Source: Neovahlkampfia damariscottae (lineage: Eukaryota). Taken from it: a stretch of 35,491 nucleotides of DNA. Under the pieces are notes generated by a model. That model ran no database searches. It saw nothing but the letters and a program-made list of their open reading frames with translations, and was not told where the DNA came from. The DNA lies in assembly GCA_016618085.1 (NCBI GenBank), contig JABLTG010000186.1, positions 1 to 35,491 of the forward strand, given 5' to 3'. The position numbers and the translations under genes are program-made. Positions 12,450-23,420 of this stretch are shown here, in pieces. Every line of letters begins with the position of its first letter. Positions within the stretch are counted from its first letter, which is position 1.

Positions 12450-13180
12450 TCATTTTGATGATTCAAGTGTGAAATTTTTAAATATTTCATCAAAAATTGT
12501 TGGGATATCAAATAAATAATTTCCATTAATTTTCAGCACATCAACATTATTTGGTTCTTTTCCAAGTGTTTGATAAGCTTTCCATACATAATTTACATAC
12601 CATTTTGATATTACTGGCCACTCACTGTTTGGGTCTAATCTTCTTTTTAAGAAATTTTCCTATTAGTAATAAGTTATTATTTTTATTATTTTACGTGTGA
12701 TACAGTGACAAATACAAATTTATCAAATTCTTTGTTAATTGTTTCTTTATTGAAAACTAAAAAACCTTCTACCAACGTTATTTGATGATTTTTTTTTGAT
12801 TCTTGAATATCATTTAAAAACTATTATCAATTATATATAAAAAATTTACTTTGTCAAAATTTATTGATTCAGGTATTTCCCAGTCTATTGTTGAAAATTC
12901 AATTTTTTCTTGTTCTTACCTATCACTTCAGTTTTTAATTCTTCGTCATATATTTTTGGTATAATTTCTTCTTTGTTATTATAACTATCTGCAAAGGTGT
13001 CAATTTATCCATATTGTTCCTTTACCTTGTTTAATTAATTTTGTGGAAATTGAAGGATATGTTTTTTGAAGATGTTCAAACATCATCCTTGCCAATGTGG
13101 ATTTTCCAGAGCGACTACATCCACCAAAAGCTGATAATTAGTCAAAAAAAATTACCCACACAAATTTTTAAACACTCCAT
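12450..13180 (-). CDS. NRK1: Nicotinamide riboside kinase / uridine kinase-like P-loop kinase (not in the ORF track)
   Basis: Five introns: 13131-13155, 12989-13025, 12885-12919, 12821-12849, 12660-12694. The spliced frame is stop-free: MECLKICVAFGGCSRSGKSTLA..IKQDSY..DWEIPESINFDKF..LVEGFLVF..FLKRR..YVNYVWKAY. Confidence 0.82.
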
Positions 13181-13332
13181 CTTAAACCGGAAAATAAAGA
13201 CCAATGAAAATCTATCTTTCAAAAATTTCAGGAAAAATTGTTAAATTTGAAATAATTGTATCAACTTTTAATGTATAAATTTGATGTGGAGGCAGGCGAT
13301 TGGATAATTTTTTTTTACCAACCAAGAAACTA
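13181..13332. promoter_or_regulatory. Bidirectional promoter region, NRK / RhoGAP-PH
   Basis: Divergent ATGs 152 nt apart. CGGAAAA at 13188, CCAAT at 13201, ATTGG at 13299. Confidence 0.55.
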
Positions 13333-14618
13333 ATGTCAAAACTTTCCGGTTGGTCATTGCTTCAAACAAAAATCAAAAACAGTCCAAATTCAAGTCCTTC
13401 ATTTCGAAGTACATCAAGAGATCCTATAGGAAGCGTAGATGAAGCATTTGATGATTATGTAATGGGCGGAGTTGAAGAGGAAGCATCAGAGTTCAGTACA
13501 AACTTCACAGCATCATCTCTATCAAACCTCATGAAAAAAGACACTGAACCAGGTAAAAAAAAACAAAAAAAAATATTCAAAGTCACTCTACAGGTGAAGT
13601 ACCTTTCATTTTTGATGTTCTTGTTTCTCAAATAATAAAAAAAGGATTATACGAACCACAACTTTTTGAAAAAGAAATGAAAGAGAAAGATATGTCAAAA
13701 ATATCATCCATCATTGCAGGACTTGAAAATCGAAAAATCAAATTAGATAAATACAAAATACATCAAATTGGATTCACCTTTGTACAATTTTTGAAAGATT
13801 TAAAATATCCAGTAATACCAAAAGATCTACATAATGAATTTTCACAAATTTATTCCAAAGATAAAATTTATTGGTCAGAAAGTAATATTGAACAAGTTGT
13901 TATGAAAATAAGAAAAATCAATGAAAAAATACCAACTGTAAACGGAGTTGTGTTAAAAAAAACAATTGAATTATTATATTTAATTGTAAAAAATGGTTCA
14001 AAAAATGAATCAAGTTCGATTCAATTATCAAAATTATTTGGTAAATTACTATTTCATCCAAAACAAAATGTTCATCATTCATTTCAATTTATTTTAATAA
14101 TGATTCGTTTTTATGAAGATATTTTTCAAAATGGTATTGAAAAAGCATATGATATCAAATTCTTTGGATCTAATCCATCAGAAGAGATATTATTCGTTTT
14201 TGATGAATCTTATGATGAAATTATAGATGAAAAGAAAAAGACAAAACAAGTTGGAATATCAGTTGGTTTTGCAAAAGAAAAAGTTTCAAAAAAAGCAATC
14301 AAACGAGGTGCACTGAAACATAAAAATATCTTTACAAAAAAATGGTCTTCTTGTTATTTAGTTTTGAGAGTAGATAAAGTGATGATATTTCATTCAAAAG
14401 AAGATTTTAAAAATGGAAAGAAACAGATTACTAGTTTTACTCTTGAAGGTGCTGTAATAGATGATGTTGCAGATAAAAAAGATCACGTTTTTTGTTTCTC
14501 AATTTTTTCTCATAATGTTGATTATATCTTTCAAGCAAGTTCGAATGAAGAAAGAATTGAATGGAAAGAAAATTTAATTTCAGTTATGAATGGAACCATC
14601 GATAAAAAGGAGAAATAA
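13333..14618 (+). CDS. RhoGAP-like domain plus C-terminal PH domain
   Basis: Intron 13553-13593 (41 nt) gives EPGEVPFIFDVL..KKGLYEPQLFEK..QFLKDLKYPVIP..IPTVNGVVLK..LSKLFGKLLF (RhoGAP fold). PH domain follows: KRGALKHK..KKWSSCYLVL..YIFQASSNEERIEWKENL. Confidence 0.78.
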
Positions 14619-14641
14619 AAATTATCCAATCATCATCTTTT

Positions 14642-15362
14642 ATGAGCTCAAACACCCAAGAAGTTGCTTTATTTTCTTATTGGAGATCATCATCTTCATG
14701 GAGAGTTAGAATTGTTTTAAACTTAAAAGGAATCAAATATGACTACAAAGAAGTAAATCTTCTTAAAGGAGAACAAAAAAGTGAAGAATTCTTGACAAAT
14801 AATCCAAACGGAAAAATTCCAACTTTAAAATATGGTTCAAATTATATTTCTGAAGTAAAGAAATCATATTCTTTTTAATTTAAAAAGTCAATTGCAATTA
14901 TTGAATTTCTTGAAGAAACTTTTGAAGGAACAAAAGTTTTACCAAAAGATTCTTTGAAAAGAGCTGTTGTCAGAGAATTAAGTCAAATTATTGTTTCTGA
15001 TTGTCAACCAATTCAAAATTTAAAAGTTTTACAAAAAATTTCAAAAGATTTTGGAGAAGAACATAAAATGTCATGGTAAGGAGTTTTCTGTTTACAATTT
15101 TTCAAAAAGGGGTAAATATTGGATTGAAGAAGCTTTAAAAGCATTTGAAAAAAGAATTAAATCAACATGTGGTAAATTTTGTGTTGGTGATGAAGTTACT
15201 ATGGCTGATATTTGTTTAATTCCACAAGTTTATAATGCAAATAGATTTGGTGTTGATATGAAACAATTTCCAAAAATTAACTCAATTGTTGAACAATGTG
15301 AATCACTTCAATATTTTAAAGATGCACATCCAGATCAACAACCAGACAAACCAAAACAATAA
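14642..15362 (+). CDS. GSTZ1: Glutathione S-transferase zeta / maleylacetoacetate isomerase
   Basis: Introns 14855-14887 and 15076-15109. Motifs: SYWRSSSSWRVRIVLNLKGI, NPNGKIPTL, CQPIQNLKVL, VGDEVTMADICLIPQVYNANRF, AHPDQQPD. Confidence 0.93.
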
Positions 15363-15383
15363 AATCTTCTAAAGATAAATTTT

Positions 15384-18300
15384 TTAATCTAAAAATGAAT
15401 CTCCAAAATTTGATTGATAACAAGTTGGACAAGCTTCATAAGGTACACATTTTGAATGAAATGAATGACCACATTTGAAGGATAAGATTTTGTTATTGGC
15501 AATTGGTAATTTACAAACTTGACATTGATCATCAGAATGTATTGTCAATCCCCAATGAATTCCAGAATCTTCAATGAATTGTAAAATATCAACTGATTTC
15601 AATGTTGTTTCATTCAATTCAAATTGATTTAACATATTTTCATTTTCAGAATTTAAAATACCTCTAATTTGTGGAGCTATTTTATTTTCTTTTTCTGACC
15701 ATAAATAAGTGTCTATAATTTGTGACATTTCATATTTCAAACTTTGTTGTTCTTTTTCAATTTTTGCAAGTTCACAAATTTTCTTGAATATGATTGGATT
15801 AAGATTTTTACAGTATTCAGATGAACTTTCTAAAGTTGATAAAATTTCTTTTGAATTTAAATGATTACACATTAAAATAATCAAAGATTGTTTTGTAATT
15901 TTCTTTTCATCTTCTTTTTGTTCATTTATTTTCTTGAATAATTTATTCCAGAAATTACTCGATTTATCATTCATAAAATTAGATAGTAAATTTAAATCAT
16001 CTTTTTGAATTAAATAATCAATCATTTCTTCAGTTGTAAAAATTTTTAAAATACCATCATAAAAATTAAATTTCAAAAAAATTTCTTTTAATTTTTTTAA
16101 ACTTTCTTTATCATTTGAAATCAAAGAAATTAAATAAAAAATAAAAGAAATTTGATTTTCTTTTTCTTCAATTTCTTGTAATTCAATCATTAAAATTTCA
16201 ATAAATTTCAATAAAAATTGATAATCATTTAAAACTTCAACTCTTGTTTCAAAAAGTGTTTTCATATAAAAATTCATTTCATTTGAATTTTCTTTTAAAT
16301 ATTTTTTTAAATTCCAATATTTAATATTTGGATAATTATAAATTGCAAAATGAATAGATGTTTTAAAATCAAAATTCATAATTTCTTTGAAAAATCTCAA
16401 AGCTAAAGAAGGTTTTTGTAAAATGAATTCATTAATTTCATTTATACCTTCTTTATAATTTCCATCTAAAAAGAAAAAATTAATTTTATCAATAATAATT
16501 TTAGTTTCGAAATGTCTTTTTTGAATTTCAAATATTTTCTCAATTGCATCATTTAATTCATATTTATTAAACAAAATGAATAAAAACTCAAAATTTAAAA
16601 ATAATTTCAATTTTTCAATGGAATTACATATTTCATCTTCTTTGATTGATTTTTCATTTAAATTCCATTTAAACCAAAAATTAGTAATATTTTGATTTAA
16701 TTTTTCATTTTCTTTGTTTAAAATTATTGGAACTTTTTCTAAGTTAATTAACTCTTTCAATGATTCAATGTAATCTTTTAAATTTTTAATCAAATCTGGG
16801 CAGAAGATTAAATCTTTTGTTTTTTCATATTCATTAATTTGTTCATTTAAAATTGATAATTTCTTTAATAACTCTTTGAATTCTTTGTACTTCTCATCAT
16901 TCATTAATTTTTCAAATTCTTCTTCTTGAAATTCTTCTTCAGTTTTTTTAATTTCTTGAGGCTTTGGTTTAATTACTTCAATATCTTCTTCTTTTTTAAT
17001 TTCTTCTTTGGTTTCAACTTTTGTTGATAGTGGTTGATTGGTTTTTGAATCATTCTTTTTCATGATTGTATCTAAATTTGATTGTATATTTTCAAGAATA
17101 TTTTGTGTCATTTCTCTTGGTGATTTTATCAAATTTTCTTTTAATGATGATTTAGAAACTAATTCTGAAGCTGGTGTTGTTGGATTTGAAGATGAATCTG
17201 ATTGAACTTCAATAGAAGGAGATATTGAAATAGATGATTCATTTTTTGATAATTGTAAAGAAGAAGGTGTTTCAACAATTATTGCTTTCTTTTTAACAAC
17301 TTTTTTCTTTTTCTTTTTTTCTCCAACTAGATCAGAAGAACTTTTTGATTTTTTCTTTGATTTTGTTAGAGAAATGATTTCAGAATCAGCTAGTGAATTA
17401 TTCTTATTCACAGACTCATCATGTGAAATCAAGTCAATTGATTTAATTCTTTCCACTTCTTCTGAATTGTCAATAGCATCTAAACTTGTTGATCTTTCAA
17501 TATCAATTTTAGTTTCTTTTGATTCATTTGATGCTAATGCCTGAATAGCTTGTGAAAGATCTAAGTTACTATTTTCAAAAGGAGTTGAATTATTTGAGTC
17601 TGATTTTTTGTCCATAATAGTAATTTCTCTCACAATTGCTTTTTTTTTCTTTTTTCTTTTTTTTGTGACTTCTATCACTTCATTTTCATGTTTTGTTTCA
17701 ATTTCTGGAGTAATTTCAGTTTCTTTAACTTTTATAACTTCCACCTTATTCTCTTCTTTTTTTTCTTCTAATTTTGTTTCAATTTCAGGTTCAATCAATT
17801 TTTGAATTTCAATTTCTTTTTGTGGCTCTATTTTTTCTTCCAACATTGGTCGTGCAATAATTTCTTCGTGTAATTCTTTTGGTTCCTCAATAGTTTTTAT
17901 TTCTGAGTCCAGTTTTACATTCTCCTTCGTTTCTTCATTTTCTACTTCAGTTTTAACTATTTTTTCTTCTTGAAGGGTTACTGGTTTAATTTCGACCAGA
18001 GTTTCAGTCTTCTCAATAACAGTTATTTGAGATGTAGGTTTTGATTCTTCAGTCTTTTCGATTTCCTTTTTTTCTTCAATTTTTGTCGCAACAGCAACCA
18101 TTTCTTTTTTTTGTTCAATTTCTTGAGTATTTCCTCCATTTCTAAAAGCTAATTCTTTTTTAAATTCTGTGTCATCCCAATACAACTTTGAAAGAGTTAC
18201 TTCTTCACCATGAAGAACATAACAAACATTTCTAAATATTGAAACTGAAATTATAGGTTTTAAACTTGAATTATAATCTAAAACAAGTAACTTTTGGACA

Positions 18301-19208
18301 TCTAAAACAGCTATCAAATCTTCACTCCAACTTAAAATATAAGGTCCAAATGGAAAAATATTTTGAAAATTCAACTTTACATTTTCAATTTTTGGAAAGC
18401 TTAATGTTGACAATACTTTTCCTGTTTTTTTGTCACAACACCATAATCTTCTACCTGGTCTTGCAGAAAAAAGGTATTCCTAAAAAATTAAATAATCAAT
18501 TTTTGTGTTTACTGTGACCGTGTATTTTTGTCCTTCTGTCAATTTTTCTCCTCTTGTCGGAGTAAAATGAAAACAAGCACCATATTTTCCATCTCTTGGT
18601 TTTGTACCAACAACTTGTAATTGTAACTTGTTTTGAACAGTCGAAATCAAAATTGATCTTTGTAAACTTGACATAACCATAGCATCTTTTGAAGCATATA
18701 ACTGAACAATTTCACATTTTTCTTTGACATACTTATTTGTTGCCTGTTGAAGAAATCCAGGTTTCGCAATTAACTCAAGACTAAAACCTTCAATATCTCC
18801 TGTTATGAATTTTTGAGAGTCCAAAGTCCAAGTTACTGATGTAATATTATGTTGATGTTGTTGATGTTTTGACACTTGCTTCGCGAATAACGTCAAATTG
18901 TTTGTTAGCAGTTCAAAAATATAAACGGAATTATTTCCTGTTGTAACTCCGATATATTGTTCATTAAAACTGATGGATATATGAACTATAGGATAAGGAT
19001 ATTCTTTATCAAATTCTGTGGATGATATCAAAAGTTTTTGAGCAAAGTTTGAACGATCATATATATAAACAGTTCCTGATTTTGTACCTCTTGCTAAGAA
19101 ATGAGTTGATGTTGACATTGCAGAAGATTGATTTGTATTCTTCCCAAATGATGTGATACCATTGTTCCATTCAAAAGTTTGTTGAGATGCTTTTGATGGT
19201 GAAGACAT
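15384..19208 (-). CDS. HPS5/TECPR2-like protein: N-terminal WD40 propeller, long low-complexity linker, helical solenoid, C-terminal RING-H2
   Basis: Intron 18480-18512 (33 nt). Motifs VGTKPRDGKYGACF and FSARPGRRLW match the HPS5/TECPR2 propeller. C-terminus is CQVCKLPI..FKCGHSFHSKC..ACPTC. Confidence 0.75.
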
Positions 19209-19318
19209 TTTTTGATTGGGCTAAAAAAAAAAAAGAAAATTGAGAATTTATAAATCAATTTTAGCATTAAAGTTTTGACGATCCTTGTGATAATCCAATA
19301 ATGATCAATTTTTTTGTT

Positions 19319-19570
19319 TTAATTTTCATCATAATACCTTTTCTTCATTGCTCTGTATTTTTTTAGATATACAAGTGTTTCAATTTCTTTGATAATAAAT
19401 TCACCTTTTTTTATTCCTTCTTCAATCTCTATGGTTGTGGACAAAGTTTTATTTTTTGAAAAAGCATTGTAAATTGATGTCCTCACTTCTTCATAACTTT
19501 TACCTGGATAACTCTTTGCAGTGTGGAGCATATCTTTGTACAAATTCAAAACTCTTATTCTCAACTTCAT
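19319..19570 (-). CDS. ETFRF1: LYR-motif protein LYRM5/ETFRF1
   Basis: VLNLYKDMLH..SYP..AFSKNK..GEFIIKEIETLVYLKKYRAMKKRYY closely matches LYRM5. ATG at 19570. Confidence 0.88.
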   Translation of the reverse strand: MKLRIRVLNLYKDMLHTAKSYPGKSYEEVRTSIYNAFSKNKTLSTTIEIEEGIKKGEFIIKEIETLVYLKKYRAMKKRYYDEN

Positions 19571-19812
19571 TTCTGTTTTTACTTTGGTAACCAATCACAG
19601 GTCAGCTTTTTTTCATAAAAATATTGCAAAATCTTGTGTGAAAATATTGTAAAAAAACAAAAACGTGACAATTTAGCCGTTGATTTTTGGATTTTCTTTT
19701 CTTTTTTTTGTCCAATCAAAAAATTTGGGAAAGTTATTTAAACCCTTCTAAAATTATCAACAAATCATCTTGCTCCACATCCTTTCGTCAGTAAAACAAC
19801 ACAAACAACAAC

Positions 19813-20884
19813 ATGTCAGGTTTCAACTCATACTCAGGAAATATTCAACAACAACAATATGGATACAACCAACCGTAACATTTATGACTTTTTAACATTT
19901 TTCAGAACAAGTGCACAATTAGTTTCCAACTTGATCGGAAATGGTGCTGTTTCTCTCGTTTGGGAAGCTCAAAGAAGTCATGCTGGAATGTATTACTCTC
20001 ACCAAGGAAACTTGTGCCATAAATACGTCGACAATGGCGCTTGGGCTGAAGAAATCTTGGCAAAAAACATTTATGGTGATGTTTCATCAGTTTATGAACC
20101 ACAAAGAAGTCATGCAGCTTTCTTTTACAAAGGACAAGATGGTTATCTCAAATACACTTATTTCAACGGTTCAGCATGGGCAACTTCTGATTGTTATCAA
20201 AAAGGAGGAAAAGTTGGTGGTAGAATCTGCACTGTCTTTGAAACTCATAGAACTCATTCAGCTTGCTTTTTTGTAGGTGAAGATGCAAAAATCCATTATT
20301 TCTATGTCGAAAATGGTGCTTGGCAATATTGGTGTTTTGGTGACGCACCTTGCACTGGAGATCTTTCAGCTGTTTATGAACCACAAAGAAATTCATCTGC
20401 TTTTGTTTATGAAAGTTATGGACAAATTCAATACAACTATTTCAACGGTCAACAATGGACAAAAGATGCAACAACTTTTGTTGAACCTTGTACTGGTGCT
20501 ATTTCAATTGTTTTTGAAAAACAAAGAAACCACACAGCAATCTTTTATGCTTCAAAAGGAGACGTCGTTTACTATTATGTTGATCAAATGTGGAAATGCT
20601 CAAAAAATTTATTTCAACCTGAAGTAATTGGTGATATTGCTGTGATTTTCAATGATGCTACACAACATTCAGAACTTCTCTATGTCACAAAAGGTGGAAT
20701 TCAACATTACTTTGTCCAAAATTCAGCTTGGAGTTCAATTGCGCATCAAGTTGATTGTATTTCAACTCTCGATGCTATTTATCAACCATCCAGAAAAGCA
20801 GCAGAATTCTTTTATGTTTCTTCAAACGGAAAAACAAATTATGGCTATCTCAATGGAAACAATTTCTCTTTTTCATATTGGTAA
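19813..20884 (+). CDS. Seven-repeat beta-propeller protein resembling fucose-binding lectin propellers; no signal peptide
   Basis: Intron 19875-19905 (31 nt). Seven repeats of about 45 aa with pattern G-x-[IVL]-x-x-[VI]-[FYW]-E-x-QR-x-H..[FY]Y..G..Y.Y..NG.W. Short Q/Y/N/G-rich N-terminal exon. Confidence 0.7.
20090..20390 (+). repeat. Internal coding direct repeat between propeller blades 2 and 4
   Basis: Identical 19-mer gtttatgaaccacaaagaa at 20090-20108 and 20372-20390. tatttcaacggt also repeats at about 280 nt spacing. Confidence 0.8.
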
Positions 20885-21221
20885 CTTAAAGAGTAATTAA
20901 AATAAAAATTTCATTTATAAAATCGAAATTTGAACTGTAAATATTTTATGAGAAACATTAGAATTTGTTTCACTGGTTTATCGGATAAACTGTTGGAAAT
21001 ATTTTTGACATTTGAACAGAAAAATGCTGCAATTTCTCCTGACCAATAAAAAAGTTACACGCAGTATTCTATTTTTAAAGTTCTTATCATTTTTCAAAAG
21101 AAATCTTCATTTCTTGCAAATTTTAAAACAATTCCAAAAATTTTCCGATTTTCCAACATCTTTAAATCGGGAAAAATATTGTGATTGGTCGGAGAATTTT
21201 AAAATTGAAGGTTATTGTAAA

Positions 21222-23223
21222 ATGTTGGAAGTCATCACAGCGAACCTCTATTACATACTCACTGGTGTGGTTGGTGTTGCAGTTATATACTACTTCTTCT
21301 TTGCTTCGGAAAGTGAATCTGGAGAGAGCATTGTACAAAATGATTCTGAGGATGAAGAAGATTCCTCCAACAAACCTAAACTATTGATATTATTTGGATC
21401 ACAAACTGGGACAGCTGAAGAATATGCTGGAACAATTGCCCAAGAGAGTAAAAGATTTGGTTTCAAACCAAGAGTTGTGGACCTTGTAGACTTTGAACCA
21501 GTAATTTAACACAAAAAAACAATGACTAATTTTCATTTTTTATAGGAAGAATTAGCTGAAGAAACTTTAGTTATGTTTATTGTTGCTACATATGGTGAAG
21601 GAGAACCAACTGATAACGCAAGAGACTTTTTTGATTGGATTGGTTCAACAGACAGAGAAAAAGACATGTTCAATGGAGTCAAATTTTGTGTCTTTGGTCT
21701 TGGAAATAAACAATATAAAATTTACCAAGCTGTTGCGAGATTATTTGACAAAAGAATGGAAGAATTAGGTGGTACAAGAATTTTTGCTGCTGGAGAAGGT
21801 GATGCTGATGGAACATTGGAAGAAGATTTTGAAGACTGGAAATCTCAATGTTTACCTGTTTTAAGTCAAGAATTTGGAACAGAAATCTCAGAAGAAAAAG
21901 TGTAAGAACCAATAAAACAACAAATTAACTTTTTGAAACAGTGAAAGTAAATGTATCATGAAATATGTTGATGGCCCTGCAAATGATAGACAAAAAGTAC
22001 CATTTGACAATCCAAGAAGATCATTTTATGATGGAAAAACACCTTTAAGATCAAAAATCTTAGTCAACAAAGAACTTTTAAAAACAACAGACAATAGAAG
22101 CACAATTCATGTTGAATTTGATATAAAAGGCTCAAATATGTTATATGAAGCAGGTGATCATTTAGCTGTTTTTCCAGAAAACGAAAAAAGTATTGTTGAA
22201 GCATATGCAAAAAGATTAGGTGTTGAAGATAAATTAGAAACAGTTTTTTCATTAGTTTCAAAAGACAAAAAAACACATATCTTTCCAAAGAAATGTACGG
22301 TTCGTACTGCTTTAACATATTATGTTTACTTGACTTCAACTTGCAGAAAAAAATTTCTCAAAGGATTATCAATTTATGCTAAAGATGAAGAAGAAAGAAA
22401 AGAGTTAGAAATCTTAAGTTCAAATACAGAAGAAGGAAAACAAGCATATAATTCAGCAATCAAAGATCATAATCTTGACCCATTAGATGTTTTATTGAAA
22501 TTTAAAAGTGTAGAACTTCCATTTGGTTTCTTTTTAGAATTATTACCAAAATTGCAACCAAGATATTATTCAATTGCATCATCAAGTCAAACAAGTCCTG
22601 ATTCAATTCATGCTGTTGTTGCACATGTTTCTTACGAAGGAAAATCAGGAAAGAAAACAAATGGAATTTGTTCAAACTTTTTAAAACAAATTGAAGAAGG
22701 AAATTCAGCATTCATTTATGTTAGACAATCTAATTTTCATTTACCAGAAAACTCATACAAACCAGTTATTTTAATTGGACCTGGTACAGGTTTAGCACCA
22801 TTCAGAGGATTTGTTCATCAGAGACAAGGATTAATCTCAAAAGGAAAAGATGTTGGTAAATGTTACTTATATTTTGGATGTAGAAAAAAAGATGAAGATT
22901 TTATTTACCAAGATGAATTAACAAAAGCTGAAAAAGAAGGAAATATTACTGGTTTAAGAATTGCGTTTTCAAGAGATCAAGAGAAAAAAGTTTACGTTCA
23001 ACATCATATCGCTGAAGATGCTGATGTCATTTGGAATGTTCTTTCCCAAGATGGAGGTTATCTTTACATTTGTGGTGATGCGAAATATATGGCAAAAGAT
23101 GTAGAATCAACTTTGATCAAAATTTTTATGGAAAAAGGAAAAATGGATGAAAAGAAAGCAAATGATTTCTTGAATTTATTAACAGAACAAAGTCGTTATT
23201 TGAGAGATGTTTGGTCTCCATAA
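21222..23223 (+). CDS. POR: NADPH-cytochrome P450 reductase
   Basis: Introns 21501-21545 and 21902-21941. N-terminal TM anchor, FGSQTGTAE, ATYGEGEPTDNA, FGLGNKQY, YEAGDHLAV, LQPRYYSIASS, IGPGTGLAPFRGF, YICGDAKYMAKDV, C-terminal RYLRDVWSP. Confidence 0.96.
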
Positions 23224-23284
23224 TGATCCCACAACATTTTTTTGAAAAAATAAATTTTTGTGAAAATGAAAAAATTTTAAATTT

Positions 23285-23357
23285 GGAATTACTGATGATA
23301 CTCATAATTCACAGACCTGTACTGAAACATAATGTAAGATAATGAATTCCTGAAAAA
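23285..23357 (+). ncRNA. Box C/D snoRNA, probable functional equivalent of U25 (SNORD25)/snR56, guiding 18S rRNA 2'-O-methylation
   Basis: Box C (c)TGATGA at 23292-23298, box D' CTGA at 23322-23325, box D CTGA at 23350-23353. The 12-nt guide TCACAGACCTGT (23309-23320) is complementary to the conserved 18S sequence ACAGGUCUGUGA. RNA ends are approximate. Confidence 0.85.
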
Positions 23358-23420
23358 TATTTTTGTGCTTTAAAATCAATTGATTTATCCAACCAATTAC
23401 ACAGACGTTTCCAATTTAAA

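Noticed and set aside
14678..14705. GST zeta SSS in place of the SSC motif
   Set aside because: The cysteine is known to vary among zeta-class enzymes, and the catalytic Ser is retained.
20948..21042. Possible C/D snoRNA with ctgcaatt complementary to 5.8S AAUUGCAG
   Set aside because: There is no good box C, the match is only 8 nt, and it is 4 nt out of register with CTGA for the D+5 rule.
23266..23278. Yeast RRPE-like TGAAAAAATTTT upstream of the snoRNA and FSAF1
   Set aside because: It is an imperfect match, expected by chance in such AT-rich DNA.
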